Below, piece by piece: positions 1-11,501 of a stretch of DNA of 64,000 bases. The stretch's first letter is position 1, and each line of letters begins with the position of its first letter. Both the position numbers and the translations under genes were made by a program. Under the pieces are notes generated by a model. The model had not been told where the DNA came from. It saw only the letters and a list, made by a program, of their open reading frames with translations, and searched no databases. The stretch is from contig CAWDSQ010000014.1 in NCBI GenBank assembly GCA_963804955.1, forward strand, positions 192,001-256,000, read 5' to 3'. The DNA comes from an uncultured delta proteobacterium. GTDB lineage: Bacteria > Desulfobacterota > WTBG01 > CAIYCZ01 > CAIRTM01.

Positions 1-180
1 GTGGGAATACCGCTCCGGCCGGATCGAAATGGTGCACATGGGCGGGTCCGAACAGACCGTGCCGGTCCAGGCGATGGTGATAATGTTCCAGCCTGTCTGC
101 TGCGTGCCGCAGCTGACCATCACGGCGGGCGCGGGATAAATCATGGTGCCGGGCTTCCAGACGACTTTCTTATTCTTCAT
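1..180 (-). CDS. Flavin reductase family protein, 5' part (runs off the window)
   Basis: Manual translation from ATG at 180: MKNKKVVWKPGTMIYPAPAVMVSCG...NIITIAWTGTVCSDPPMCTISIRPERYSH, a typical flavin-reductase N-terminus; not in ORF track. Confidence 0.85.
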   Translation of the reverse strand, partial: MKNKKVVWKPGTMIYPAPAVMVSCGTQQTGWNIITIAWTGTVCSDPPMCTISIRPERYSH

Positions 181-1558
181 ACAATTTTTTTCTCCGGTGC
201 CGGAAGGTATAGTAATTGAGATTAAGCAGCCGTGCGGCCTCGCTTTCGTTCCCCCCCGACATGCTCAGCGCTTCATCAATGTAGTTTTTTTCTATGGCCT
301 TCATCGCAGCAGGCAGGTCAAAGCCCGATGAAGTCAGGGCAGGCACGCCGGGACCCGGAGCGGACGCCCCGGCCTGCGCTTTTGCCAGAAACGCTTCAGG
401 CAGAATATTCTCCAGCGCCAGCAGCGGGCCGCGGCCGGTCAGCACGCCCCGCTCGATCACATTGCGCAGCTCGCGCACATTGCCCTTCCAGTCGCGATTG
501 AGCAGCGCCTGCTCGGCCTCGGCTGTGATGCCGGTAAATTCTTTGCCGAACTTGGCGCTGAACCCGATCATGAAATGGCGGGCTATGGGCAGTATATCCT
601 CCGTGCGTTTGCTGAGCCGGGGGATATCGACTTTTATAACGGCAAGGCGGTAGTAGAGGTCGCGGCGGAACCGTTCAGCCTCGATCATCTGCTCGACGTC
701 GCGGTTGGTGGCTGAAATGACGCGGGTTTTCACGCGCTTCTTCTGCGTGCCGCCGACGCGGTAATATTCGCCCTCCTCGAGAAAGCGCAGCAGCTTTGCC
801 TGCGCCTCCAGGCTCATGTCCGCCACTTCGTCTAAAAACAGGGTGCCGCCGGCGGCCTCCTCCACAAGGCCCCGCTTGCCCTTTTCATGGGCCCCGCTGA
901 AAGCGCCTTTCTCATAGCCGAAAAGTTCGCTTTCGATCAGCTCCCGGGGGATGGCGGCGCAGTTGAGCGTTATGAACGGGCCCTTGAAATTGGGGCTTTT
1001 GTAATGAATTGCAGCCGCCACCAGCTCCTTGCCCGTGCCGGTTTCGCCGCAGATGAGCACCGGCGTGTCCGGGCTTTGCGCAACAAGATTCACAAATTCC
1101 ATGACGCTCTGGATCGACTGGCTCTCGCCGATGAAACAGGGGATGTTTTCTTCGAGATAGCGCTCCTGCAGGCGCTGCACCTCCTTGCGCAGGCGCACGG
1201 TTTCAACGGCGTTGCGGATGGTAACCAGCAGGGCCTCCATATGCACCGGCTTGACAATATAGTCATAGGCCCCGAGCTTCATGGCGGACACCACGGTTGC
1301 TATATCCTCGAATGCCGTGATCATGATCACGACGGTGTCCGGCCTGAGCTTTTTTACCTCCTGCAAAGCCTCAATGCCGTTCATGCCCGGCAGGCCGATA
1401 TCCAGAAGGATCAGATCGGGCGCCTGCGACCTGACGGCCTCCAGCGCCTTTTCAGCGTCTTCAAAGCTCTTCACGTCATACTCTTTCTGCAGCGCCAGGG
1501 TCATGCCGTTGCGCGCTGTCGCCTCGTCATCGACGATAAATAGTGAGTAGGTAAGCAT
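170..1558 (-). CDS. Sigma-54-dependent response regulator (NtrC family; REC-AAA+-HTH)
   Basis: FIVDDE/LLDIGLPGMNG receiver, GETGTGKE Walker A, GAFSGA loop, LFLDEV, WKGNVREL, Fis-type HTH. Confidence 0.95.
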   Translation of the reverse strand: MLTYSLFIVDDEATARNGMTLALQKEYDVKSFEDAEKALEAVRSQAPDLILLDIGLPGMNGIEALQEVKKLRPDTVVIMITAFEDIATVVSAMKLGAYDYIVKPVHMEALLVTIRNAVETVRLRKEVQRLQERYLEENIPCFIGESQSIQSVMEFVNLVAQSPDTPVLICGETGTGKELVAAAIHYKSPNFKGPFITLNCAAIPRELIESELFGYEKGAFSGAHEKGKRGLVEEAAGGTLFLDEVADMSLEAQAKLLRFLEEGEYYRVGGTQKKRVKTRVISATNRDVEQMIEAERFRRDLYYRLAVIKVDIPRLSKRTEDILPIARHFMIGFSAKFGKEFTGITAEAEQALLNRDWKGNVRELRNVIERGVLTGRGPLLALENILPEAFLAKAQAGASAPGPGVPALTSSGFDLPAAMKAIEKNYIDEALSMSGGNESEAARLLNLNYYTFRHRRKKLYEE

Positions 1559-1585
1559 GTCAGCCTTTGCTTGAGGTTTTTGATT

Positions 1586-4219
1586 TCAGGTTTTTGATTT
1601 TGAATTTTGGGCCTTCGGGTCAGCCGCCGGCAGTTCGATGCGGAATTCGGCCCCGCTCCACCTGCTGACCCCGATGCTCAGCGTGCCCCGATGGTCGGTA
1701 ATGATGCGCTGGCACAGGCTCAAACCTATACCAGAGCCGTCCGACTTTGTCGTGTAAAAAGGGTCGAAAATCTTCGCGCGATCCTGCGGCGGAATGCCCG
1801 GTCCCGAGTCGCCCACAGTCACCACAAAATGCCCATCGCTGGCAGACGAGCGCAGCTCAAGATATTTCTCCCCACTCATGCCCTGCATGGCCTGAACGGC
1901 ATTGGTAATCAAATTAAGCATCACCTGCTCGATCATCTGCAGATCGGCGCGGCACAGCGGCAGGCTTTCTGAAAGCTCCAGGTCCACAGTAATGCCGCTC
2001 TTGCGAAGCGTGGCGGTTGAAAGCTTCAGGGCCTCTTCTATGGGCTGGTTGATGTTTATCAGCGAGAGCTTGGGCATGCCGGGCCTGGCAAAATCCATAA
2101 CGCGGCGGATGACGCCCTCGATTTTGTTCGACGCCCCCTCTATCTCATCGGCGATTGAGAGGAGCATGCCGCGCTCCGGCCCGTCGGCGATGCCGGCCTC
2201 GATGCCGTTTTTCAGGGAATACATATAGGAGTTGATGCCGGTAAGGGGATTTCTGATCTCATGGGCGATACCTGCCGTGACACGGCCGAGAGACGCCATT
2301 TTTTCCTGCAGCCGCAGGAGCTGCTCCATCTCGACGCGTCCCGAGATATCCCGGACGATGGCAGTATAAAAAACCCCGTTGCGCGAGCGCCAGGATGAGC
2401 GGGACAGCTCCATGTGAAATTCGCTGCCGTCTTTGCGCAGGCCCACCATCTCCGACTGCGCTCCATCACTGGGTTGAGGCATAACCTGATCAGCCATCTG
2501 CACATACAGGGCGCGAAGGCCCTCGGGAAGCAGCACGGCCGCATCTCTGCCGATCACCTCATCGGCGGTGTAGCCAAAGATATGCTCAGCAGCGCGATTC
2601 CAGAAAACAATATGATCCTGGGCATCGACCGAGATAATAGCATCGCTTGCGGTCTGCACGACCGAGCGGAAGCGCTCCTCGCTGCTTTCAAGAGACTCAA
2701 GCATGCGGCTGTTCAGAAGCGCAACGGAGGCAAGCTCGCTGAAGGCCGAGGCCATCCTGAGATCATTGTCGGTGAAGCCGCCGGGCTTGTTGACAAGGAC
2801 AAGCAGCGCCAGCACCTCTCCGCCGATAATAAGGGGCGAACACAGCACAGTGTCAACGGGCGGATGCTGCGCCGCAGCCGGGCCGCCGGAAAAATTCAGC
2901 ATATCATTTCTGAAGCGGGGAGTGCGCGCTTTGACGGATTCAAGGTATATGCCGGCCAAAGGCATCCCGCCGCTTGATAAAAACCCCGCGGGCAGCCTGA
3001 CGGCCCCATACTGTAAAGATTGTGCGCCATCAGGGCCGGAGACAATCCTGGCTATGAAGCCCGAGGTTGCGCCGGCAAGCTGCATGCAGAGGTCAAGGAT
3101 CGATTGAGAAGCCTCAACAAAGCCATGATAGGAGAGCACGGCCCGGGATGCCTGCAGCAGGGCCGCTGTTTCGGCGCCGCTGCGCTGCGACTCCTGCAGG
3201 GCTACGCGCAGGGCCGCCTCGGCCTGCTTGCGCACGGCCACCTCCTGGGTAAGTTCCTCCTGCTGCAGGAAAAAATTGCGGACCAGACGTGCAAGGTTTC
3301 CGAACTCGGTCTCAGATGAAACAAGACCGCCGATGAGCGATGGGTCGTGAAAATGCAGGCTTGCAGATATGCGCCTCAGAGGAAGGTTGACCCAGAGAAT
3401 CAGCAGCACCGACAGCAGCAGTATGACAGCCGAAACAAAAGCAATAAGCAGAATAAGCTGATTGCGCGACGTGATCTGTATTTCGCGGGTTAAGGTCGCC
3501 TCGCTGCGCACGCGGATCTGCGCAACGGGCCTCTTGTTCCAGCCGTAAACAACCCGGTAAAAGCCGATAACGCCGCTCTTTTCCTCATAGGTCGCCTCCC
3601 GGCTCTCCTCCCCCTTGATGGGATGAACCTCGACCTTGCTTTCCGTAATCAGAGAAAGCTCCGTTATATAGTCGCTGTTCCAGAGGCGGCCGACAAACAG
3701 ATACCCCATAGGCTGAGATGATCGTTCGGTGTCGGCGGCAGGCTGAACCGGCGCGCTGCGCACCTCCAAAAGCCCCTGCGGCGTTAGTACGAAAAAATTA
3801 CAGAAATAGCTCATGGCAAAAAGGCGGGGAAACATATCACCCTGGGCCGCGATGTCTTCAAAACCCTGCATCTCTGCCGGATGTGCGTTATAGACGGGCC
3901 GGAAAGAGGCATCGTAGAGCCACAGGCCGCTTACGTTGAAGCTGGGCATGAAGGCCGAAAAGAAAGATGGCTTTATTCTGCCTCTGCCGGCCACCGCAGC
4001 CACTATTTCGTCGCGGCAGCTGAAGTCGTAGGCAAACATCTCCAGGGATGCCTGCTCAAGGCGAAGCACGCGGTCAAACAGCGTGTTTTTCTCGTAAATT
4101 TTGCTGCGGATAAGCAGCAGCTCCTGCCGCGCCTCATGTTGCCCGAGCATGACAAACCCGGCCATAAACAGCAGGGTGATGACGACAAGCAGCAGCGTAA
4201 TGCGGGTCTGTGTTTTCAT
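1586..4219 (-). CDS. Membrane sensor histidine kinase (CHASE4-like periplasmic, GAF, PAS, HisKA, HATPase)
   Basis: Two TM segments, PAS (WNRAAEHIFGY), H-box AHEIRNPL, N box NLITNA, DSGPGI, GSGIGL; start set at MKTQTR. Confidence 0.9.
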   Translation of the reverse strand: MKTQTRITLLLVVITLLFMAGFVMLGQHEARQELLLIRSKIYEKNTLFDRVLRLEQASLEMFAYDFSCRDEIVAAVAGRGRIKPSFFSAFMPSFNVSGLWLYDASFRPVYNAHPAEMQGFEDIAAQGDMFPRLFAMSYFCNFFVLTPQGLLEVRSAPVQPAADTERSSQPMGYLFVGRLWNSDYITELSLITESKVEVHPIKGEESREATYEEKSGVIGFYRVVYGWNKRPVAQIRVRSEATLTREIQITSRNQLILLIAFVSAVILLLSVLLILWVNLPLRRISASLHFHDPSLIGGLVSSETEFGNLARLVRNFFLQQEELTQEVAVRKQAEAALRVALQESQRSGAETAALLQASRAVLSYHGFVEASQSILDLCMQLAGATSGFIARIVSGPDGAQSLQYGAVRLPAGFLSSGGMPLAGIYLESVKARTPRFRNDMLNFSGGPAAAQHPPVDTVLCSPLIIGGEVLALLVLVNKPGGFTDNDLRMASAFSELASVALLNSRMLESLESSEERFRSVVQTASDAIISVDAQDHIVFWNRAAEHIFGYTADEVIGRDAAVLLPEGLRALYVQMADQVMPQPSDGAQSEMVGLRKDGSEFHMELSRSSWRSRNGVFYTAIVRDISGRVEMEQLLRLQEKMASLGRVTAGIAHEIRNPLTGINSYMYSLKNGIEAGIADGPERGMLLSIADEIEGASNKIEGVIRRVMDFARPGMPKLSLININQPIEEALKLSTATLRKSGITVDLELSESLPLCRADLQMIEQVMLNLITNAVQAMQGMSGEKYLELRSSASDGHFVVTVGDSGPGIPPQDRAKIFDPFYTTKSDGSGIGLSLCQRIITDHRGTLSIGVSRWSGAEFRIELPAADPKAQNSKSKT

Positions 4220-4334
4220 GGGCAATGCTCTCTTGAGTCTCATTATACACGGAAGCAGACGCAAAAAAATAGTTTCTTTTTTTTTTATTTATGGTAACTT
4301 CCATTGTTATTTTATAATCATAAAGGAGATAAAC

Positions 4335-4682
4335 GTGTATTTTCTACTGACATCAACAGCCTATGCAATGGCTCCCGGCGCCGACGGCGGACAGGGCGGT
4401 GGCTTCACAGCCATTATCCCCCTGGTTCTGATGTTCGGCATCTTCTATTTTCTGCTTATCCGGCCGCAGCAGAAAAAAGCAAAAGAGCAGCAAAACATGA
4501 TCAATGAGTTGAAGCGGGATGACACTGTCGTTACGACAGGCGGCATCTACGGTAAAATAACCGGAGTTACCGACACCATCATCACCCTTGAGATCGCGCC
4601 CAACGTGCGCATCAGGGTTACCAAGAGCAGCATTGCCGGCAAGGCCTCGACAGAGGTAAAACCGGCTGAAGATAAAAAATAA
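4335..4682 (+). CDS. yajC: Preprotein translocase subunit YajC
   Basis: FYFLLIRPQQKK, VVTTGGIYGKI motifs; GTG start after AAGGAG; precedes secD. Confidence 0.95.
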   Translation: MYFLLTSTAYAMAPGADGGQGGGFTAIIPLVLMFGIFYFLLIRPQQKKAKEQQNMINELKRDDTVVTTGGIYGKITGVTDTIITLEIAPNVRIRVTKSSIAGKASTEVKPAEDKK

Positions 4683-4706
4683 ATAAATACATTATAAGGA
4701 GTTCCT

Positions 4707-6305
4707 GTGATGCAGAGCATGAAATGGCGATCGCTACTGTATGCGGCGATTCTCGCTGTGGCTGTAGTGTACCTGCTGCCGACCTTTGTTAAAATGCCGG
4801 CGGGGCTGGAAAAATATCTGCCGAAAGACAAGATAGCGCTGGGCCTTGACCTGCAGGGCGGCATGCACCTTGTCATTGAAGTGGAGACGGAAAAAGCGCT
4901 TGCAAACAGCCTTGATCGCTACGCCTCAGATCTCGAAGAATATCTCTATAATGAAAAGATTCCTTTTGACTCGGTCAAGGTCATTGGAGAAACCTCCATC
5001 GAGGCGAAAATCACCGAAGCCGAAGCTAAGGAAAAGGTTCGGCAGGTGCTGCAGAAGAATTTCCCCATGCTCAGGGAGCAGAATCTTGATGAGACCAAAG
5101 ACGGGGTGAACTTTACCCTGCAGATTGATCCCAAAGAAGCAATACAGCTTAAAAAGACGGCCACCGAGCAGGCCCTTGAAACTATCCGGAACCGCATCGA
5201 CCAGTTTGGCGTGGCCGAGCCCACTATTCAGCTCCAGGGCGAAGACCAGATCGTTATTCAGCTGCCCGGCATCAAAGACCCCAAGCGGGCCATCGAGCTC
5301 ATCGGCAAAACCGCGCTTCTGGAGTTCAAGCTTGTTGACGAGGGCAACAGCGTTGAGGATGCCCTGAAGGGCGATATCCCGGCAGACTGCGAGCTTCTGT
5401 ATCAGCGCGAAGTGAATCCCGCAACCGGCGAGGTCAAAAAAACGCCCTTTCTTCTGAAAAAGAAGACCCTCCTCACCGGCGATCGGCTGGTGAATGCACA
5501 GGTGCAGATCGACTCGCGCTTCAATGAACCCTATGTTTCTATGGAATTTGACGCGCGCGGCGGCAAAATATTTGAGCGCATAACAGCAAAAAACATCAAA
5601 AAGCGCCTCGCCATTATCCTGGACAATAATGTCTATTCCGCCCCGGTCATTCAGGACCGCATCGCAGGCGGCAATGCTCAGATAACAGGCAGGTTCGACA
5701 TGGAGGAGGCACGCGATCTGGCTATTGTGCTGCGGGCCGGGTCGCTTCCGGCGCCTGTGAAAATTCTCGAAAAACGCTCGGTAGGCCCCTCCCTTGGTCA
5801 GGATTCGATTAATCAGGGCATCCGGGCCATGCTTATCGGCTGCCTTGCGGTTATTGTTTTTATGATCCTCTACTACCGGCTTTCGGGCATTGTGGCAAAC
5901 TTCGCCCTTGTGCTTAATATCGTGCTGCTGCTGGCAGCGCTTGCCGGCGTGAAGGCAACACTCACCGTGCCGGGCCTTGCCGGTATCGTGCTCACAATCG
6001 GCATGGCGGTTGACGCCAATGTGCTTATTTATGAACGCATCCGGGAGGAACTGCGCAACGGCAAAACAACCAAGGCCGCCCTTGATACGGGCTATTCCCG
6101 GGCATTTATGACTATTTTCGACTCGAACCTGACAACGATGATCTCGGCTATTTTCCTTTTCCAGTTCGGCACCGGGCCGGTCAAGGGCTTTGCTGTCACA
6201 TTGATCTTCGGACTTCTTGCAAACATGTTCACTGCGGTTGCCGTTACGCGGCTTATCTTCGACTATTTCGTGCTGCAGCGCCGCGTAAAAACCATTAGCA
6301 TATAA
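4707..6305 (+). CDS. secD: Protein translocase subunit SecD
   Basis: LGLDLQGGMH, RNRIDQFGVAEP, IGMAVDANVLIYERIREE. Confidence 0.98.
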   Translation: MMQSMKWRSLLYAAILAVAVVYLLPTFVKMPAGLEKYLPKDKIALGLDLQGGMHLVIEVETEKALANSLDRYASDLEEYLYNEKIPFDSVKVIGETSIEAKITEAEAKEKVRQVLQKNFPMLREQNLDETKDGVNFTLQIDPKEAIQLKKTATEQALETIRNRIDQFGVAEPTIQLQGEDQIVIQLPGIKDPKRAIELIGKTALLEFKLVDEGNSVEDALKGDIPADCELLYQREVNPATGEVKKTPFLLKKKTLLTGDRLVNAQVQIDSRFNEPYVSMEFDARGGKIFERITAKNIKKRLAIILDNNVYSAPVIQDRIAGGNAQITGRFDMEEARDLAIVLRAGSLPAPVKILEKRSVGPSLGQDSINQGIRAMLIGCLAVIVFMILYYRLSGIVANFALVLNIVLLLAALAGVKATLTVPGLAGIVLTIGMAVDANVLIYERIREELRNGKTTKAALDTGYSRAFMTIFDSNLTTMISAIFLFQFGTGPVKGFAVTLIFGLLANMFTAVAVTRLIFDYFVLQRRVKTISI

Positions 6306-6323
6306 AATAGAAGGGATACCACC

Positions 6324-7257
6324 GTGGCATTCTTTGAACTGATAAAACCTAATACCAAAATCGATTTCGTCGGCATGATCCGCTACACGCTGGCGCTGTC
6401 ATGGATAGTGATTCTTGATCGGCATTGTCTCCCTGGTCGTAAAGGGCGGACCGACCTATGGCATTGATTTCAAGGGCGGCACGCTGTTTCAGGTAAAATT
6501 CGCCAGGCAGGTCTCAGCGGCGGATATTCGCGCAACCGTTTCCGGCATGGGGACTGAATCAAGCTCCGTTCAGGATTTCGGCGCTGCCACTGAAAATGAA
6601 TATCTCATCAATATCGAATCCAAGGTAGAGGACCTCGAACAATTTTCCGACCAGTTTAAAGCGGCTTTCGAAACCAAATTCGGCAAAGACAGCTTTGAAA
6701 TCCGGCGCAGCGAGGCTGTCGGCCCCAAGGTCGGCAAAGACCTGCGGCAAAAAGCCATGCTTGCCGTCCTCTTCTCCTGCATCGGCATGCTTATTTATAT
6801 GTGGTTCCGGTTCGAGTTGCGGTTCGGCCTGGGGGCGGTGCTCGGGCTCGTGCATGACGTGCTGATCGTGATGACTTTCCTTTCGCTGACCAATACGCCC
6901 ATCGATCTGACGGTTGTGGCAGCGCTGCTGACCATCGTCGGTTATTCGGTCAATGATACCATTATCATCTGCGACCGCATCCGTGAAAACATGCCCAAGA
7001 TGACACGCCAGAAATTCAGCGATATTATCAACGTCAGCGTCAACCAGACCCTGAGCCGCACGGTTCTGACCGTCGGTACGACGCTGCTGGCTGCACTGGC
7101 GCTTTTTCTTTTCGGCGGCGGCGTTATTCATGATTTTGCCTTTACCATGCTTGTGGGCGTCATCACCGGCACCTATTCATCCGTCTTTGTGGCCTGCCCG
7201 GTTGCCATCTACTGGGAAAAGATGTTTATGAATAAAGCGGCAGGGGCCAGAAAATAA
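6324..7257 (+). CDS. secF: Protein translocase subunit SecF (frameshift near 6412-6417, probably a sequencing indel)
   Basis: GTG-start N-terminus FELIKPNTKIDFVG in one frame joins GIDFKGGT...GYSVNDTIIICDRIREN in the next frame. Confidence 0.93.
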
Positions 7258-7441
7258 ATGTTTGCGGCCATGTAAATAGTTCCGGGCATTTTACAGCCTT
7301 GCCAACGGGGGCAGCAGACTCTGCAAGCAGCAGAACCCCGCATAGGCATTCATGTTGCAGGAGCGTTTGATTCCGCGAAAAAACGGCGGAGACATACGCT
7401 TCTGTTTTTTTAGAACACAGGTACTTTTAGCGGTATTATTT

Positions 7442-8681
7442 ATGATTACTGTTGAACAGGCACTGGAAACAATACTGGCTCATATAAGCGTACTCGGCAC
7501 CGAGCGCGTGGATATACTTGCAAGCCGCGGCAGGGTGCTCTCTGAAGATATTATTTCAATCCTCAATGTGCCGCCCCTTGATAATTCCAGCATGGATGGC
7601 TATGCCGTGCGTGCCAACGATGTGCTGGGGGCTGCACCTGACCATCCGAGAGCTCTTACAGTCGTAGGCGATCTGCCTGCAGGCTACACCGCTCAAGAGC
7701 CCCTACAGCCGGGTGAGGCCCTGCGCATTATGACGGGAGCGCCGATTCCGGAGGGTGCAGATACGGTCATTATGCAGGAAAATACGCGGGCACGAGGGCT
7801 CGCAGGTTACGATCCTGCAGGCCGAAAAGCCCGGAACCAATGTACGGCGCGCAGGCGAGGATATTAAAAAAGGCGCTCTCCTTTTTCAGGCGGGAACCCT
7901 TGTGCGGCCGGCACATATCGGCATCATGGCATCCATCAAGCGGGCCATGGTTTCGGTGTACCAGCGGCCGCGCGTTGCCATACTGTCAACGGGCGACGAG
8001 CTTGTTGACATTGATGAGGAGCTGGGGCCCGGAAAAATTGTTACCAGCAACTCCTACTCGCTGGCCTCCCTTGTTGAAGATGCGGGCGGCATGGCGATCA
8101 TGCTGGGCATAGCCCGCGACACGAAAGAAGCCCTGCGCAGCCGTATGCTTGAAGGACTCCATGCCGACATCATCATTTCTTCGGGCGGCGTATCCGTCGG
8201 CGATTATGATTTTGTAAAAGACGTGCTGCAGGAACTCGGCGCGGACATGAAATTCTGGAAAGTGCTGATGCGGCCGGGTCAGCCGCTGGCCTTCGGCGTC
8301 ATCGGCGGCAAACCCGCCTTCGGACTTCCCGGCAATCCCGTGTCGGCCATGGTATCATTCGAGCAGTTCGTGCGGCCCGCCATGCGCAAAATGAGCGGTC
8401 ACACAAAGCTGTTCCGTCCGCTCATTGAGGCTGTGGCACAGGAAGATGTGACGGGCAGACCGGGAAGAAAATTTTTTGTTCGCTGCAGGCTGGCGCAAAA
8501 GGATGGGCAGTGGCATGCCACCACCACCGGCGAGCAGGGCTCGGGGATATTAAGGTCTATGGCAGAGGCTTCAGGCCTTATGGTCGTGCCGGAAACAGCC
8601 GAGCGCATTAAGACAGGCGACCGGGTGAAGGTGCAGGTGCTTGATCCGGAATTGGGCTACAGCGAAACGCCGCAGTATTAA
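7442..8681 (+). CDS. moeA: Molybdopterin molybdenumtransferase MoeA (frameshift near 7785-7795)
   Basis: [25 protein letters not shown] in ORF 7352-7867; [27 protein letters not shown] in ORF 7755-8681. Confidence 0.93.
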
Positions 8682-8754
8682 GTCCGGCACGGTCCTTCAA
8701 GAAACTCGAACGTATAAACCATGTATCAGCATTGATCACTACAGGAGACAGGTC

Positions 8755-10554
8755 ATGGCAGAACCTTTTGTAAACCTCAAACGCACCAGTTACTGCGGCG
8801 ATTTGCGCAAAAGCCATGTGGGGCAGCAGGTTACACTCCTCGGGTGGGTGCACAGCCGTCGCGACCACGGCGGCCTTATATTTGTCGATCTTCGCGACCG
8901 GACAGGACTGGCGCAAATCGCCTTTCACCCCGACGCAAGCGCTGCAGCCCTTGAAAAGGCCCATGGCCTTCGCAGTGAATATGTTATCGCCGTGAAGGGC
9001 ACGGTCAATACCCGGCCGGAAGGCACGGTTAACCCTGATCTTCCCACCGGCGAGATCGAGGTGCTTGCAACCGAGCTCGTTATTCTCAACGAATCGCTGA
9101 CGCCGCCATTTGAGATATCGGACCGCTCGGAAGCCACGGAAACCCTGCGCCTGAAATACCGCTTTCTTGACCTGCGACGCCCAAAAATGCAGCAGATTTT
9201 TATTGCGCGGCACCGCATGTGCCAGCTCATCAGAAATTATTTGAGCGCTCAGAATTTCATGGAATTTGAAACGCCCATGCTCACCAAGAGCACGCCCGAG
9301 GGCGCCCGCGACTATCTGGTGCCGAGCCGCGTCGAGGCCGGCAGCTTCTATGCCCTGCCCCAGTCGCCGCAGCTTTTCAAGCAGATACTCATGGTGTCGG
9401 GCTTTGACCGCTATTTCCAGATCGTGAAATGCTTCCGCGATGAGGACCTGCGCGCTGACCGGCAGCCCGAGTTCACGCAGGTTGATCTTGAAATGTCCTT
9501 CATTGATGAAGAAGATATTTACGGCTTGCTTGAAGGGCTGATGAAAAATCTGTTTAAGGAAATTCTTGCCCTCGATGTGGCGACGCCTTTTCCGCGCCTC
9601 TCATATCAGGAAGCCATGGACCGCTTCGGTTCAGATAAGCCCGATACGCGCTTCGGCCTTGAGCTTGTCGATCTCAACCCGGCTCTCAAAAACTCCGGGT
9701 TCAAGGTGTTTGCCCAGGCAATCGAAAAGGGCGGTGTTGTAAAGGGCATTACCGTGAAGGGTGCGGATTTTTCCCGCAAGGACCTCGACGAGCTTGTGGA
9801 AGTTGCCAAAACCTACGGCGCAGGCGGCCTCGTCTGGATTAAAATCAATCCCGACGGCTGGCAGTCGCCGGCGGCGAAATTTCTCTCCGATACGGAAAAG
9901 GCCGATATTGCGCGCATCATGGGCGCCGAAACAGGCGACGTGCTGGTAATGGTGGGCGATGCGTCCTTCACCACGGCCTGTACGGCTATCGGCTATGTGC
10001 GCCTGCATCTTATTAAAAAGCTCGGGCTTGAGCCTTCGGAAAAATTCAAGTTCACCTGGGTCAACAAGTTCCCCCTGCTTGAATACAGCAAGGAAGACAA
10101 GCGCTGGGTGGCCATGCACCACCCCTTCACCTCGCCCCTTGAAGAAGATATGGAGCATCTTGACTCTGAGCCGGGCCGGGTGCGCGCGCGGGCCTATGAT
10201 CTTGTCATGAACGGCAGCGAAATCGGCGGCGGCTCTATTCGTATCCACCGCCAGGACGTGCAGTCGAAAATGTTCAGCCTGCTCGGGATTCAGCCCGATG
10301 AGGCAGAGGTAAAATTCGGCTTCCTGCTGGATGCGCTCAGGTTCGGCGCGCCGCCCCACGGCGGACTTGCACTCGGGCTTGACCGCATGGTCATGCTGAT
10401 GACCGACTGCGAATCGATCCGCGATGTTATCGCCTTCCCCAAAACGCAAAAGGCCGCCTGCCTCATGTCGGGCGCGCCGTCGCCGGTAGACAACAGGCAG
10501 CTTCGCGAGCTGCACATTAAAACAAATCTCCCGCCGAAAGAAGCAAAGGAGTAA
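8755..10554 (+). CDS. aspS: Aspartate--tRNA ligase, probably non-discriminating (Asp/Asn)
   Basis: [46 protein letters not shown]; start after AGGAG. Confidence 0.97.
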   Translation: MAEPFVNLKRTSYCGDLRKSHVGQQVTLLGWVHSRRDHGGLIFVDLRDRTGLAQIAFHPDASAAALEKAHGLRSEYVIAVKGTVNTRPEGTVNPDLPTGEIEVLATELVILNESLTPPFEISDRSEATETLRLKYRFLDLRRPKMQQIFIARHRMCQLIRNYLSAQNFMEFETPMLTKSTPEGARDYLVPSRVEAGSFYALPQSPQLFKQILMVSGFDRYFQIVKCFRDEDLRADRQPEFTQVDLEMSFIDEEDIYGLLEGLMKNLFKEILALDVATPFPRLSYQEAMDRFGSDKPDTRFGLELVDLNPALKNSGFKVFAQAIEKGGVVKGITVKGADFSRKDLDELVEVAKTYGAGGLVWIKINPDGWQSPAAKFLSDTEKADIARIMGAETGDVLVMVGDASFTTACTAIGYVRLHLIKKLGLEPSEKFKFTWVNKFPLLEYSKEDKRWVAMHHPFTSPLEEDMEHLDSEPGRVRARAYDLVMNGSEIGGGSIRIHRQDVQSKMFSLLGIQPDEAEVKFGFLLDALRFGAPPHGGLALGLDRMVMLMTDCESIRDVIAFPKTQKAACLMSGAPSPVDNRQLRELHIKTNLPPKEAKE

Positions 10555-10586
10555 AAAAAAGGAGGCCAAAAGGCCTCCTTTTTTTT
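10553..10586 (+). terminator. Rho-independent terminator (bidirectional shape) after aspS
   Basis: A-run, GGAGGCC-AAAA-GGCCTCC hairpin, T-run. Confidence 0.9.
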
Positions 10587-10640
10587 ACTGCACCTGCTCT
10601 TTTAGGGAAACCTTAGGCTCTCTGGTTTAAGATGTTTCCA

Positions 10641-10669
10641 TTGACTCACAAACACCCTCGTCCTATATT
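10641..10669 (+). promoter_or_regulatory. Sigma-70-type promoter upstream of ybeD-like gene
   Basis: TTGACT-17 nt-TATATT. Confidence 0.55.
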
Positions 10670-10735
10670 CACCCCAACTTAAAACGCATTCCTATTGATT
10701 GCTTCAAGACATAAGCAAAAAAAAGAGCTGAAATC

Positions 10736-11002
10736 ATGAGCTGCGCTGACGATATTTTTCAATTCCCCTGTGAGTTTCCCATCAAAATCATGGGTAACAA
10801 ATCCGATGATTTCAGTACGATGGTAGTCAGGATTATTAAAAAAAATCTTCATGGTAAAAGTGAAATAACCATTGATAGCAGACTCAGCAGTGGAGACAAG
10901 TACCTATCCATCACCGCGACTATTACTGCGCAAAGCCGGAAGCAGTTGGATGCAATTTATCAGGAATTATAAAATAATACACAGGTTGTGATGCTTTTGT
11001 AA
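10736..11002 (+). pseudogene. ybeD: YbeD/DUF493 family protein with in-frame TAA at 10970-10972, nine sense codons before the natural end
   Basis: FPCEFPIKIMG, SSGDKYLSITATI, QLDAIYQEL*NNTQVVMLL*; the tail after the stop resembles the usual YbeD C-terminus. Confidence 0.7.
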
Positions 11003-11501
11003 AACGCTCCATTGAAACCCGTGACAATGCCGAGCGATTGGGAATAACGGAGCCGGCAGTCCTTTAACCACAATACCACACTAATTTTATTGCATAATTT
11101 ATGATTGGGAAGCTGTTATTTCCTGGTTTTTTATTTGCCCAGCATGAGAGCCGTAGTGTGGAGTTTTACTGAGCAACCTACCTCCACTACAGAATGAAAC
11201 GATCAGCTTTTTGATAGCCGTTATCTGGTGATAGGGTGGTATTTTTTTCTGGATCATAAGGTCATAATGCATGGTCTCCTTTTGGTTACCTGTATTATGG
11301 TGCAACGATACTTTTTTTACGTTTCGCCAACGGAATCTGTGGATTAAAGGGCGCTATTTTGGGATAATGTCGGGAAATGGCCTTTTAATAGACTACGGCT
11401 CGTCTCCGGTTAACGTTTGTGACAGAAAGTATTGATTACGGCGCACGAACTGATCTGTCAATTGCTTTTTTCTTTCATTAATTTACTAAGGAATAAGGAA
11501 T

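Noticed and set aside
7258..7441. Moco riboswitch upstream of moeA
   Set aside because: An imperfect hairpin (GAGCGT..TCCGC/GCGGA..ACGCTT) exists but no recognisable riboswitch consensus
6412..7795. Programmed ribosomal frameshifting in secF/moeA
   Set aside because: No slippery heptamer or stimulator, and not known for these genes; indel error is more parsimonious
10970..10972. Selenocysteine/pyrrolysine readthrough in ybeD
   Set aside because: The stop is TAA, not TGA/TAG
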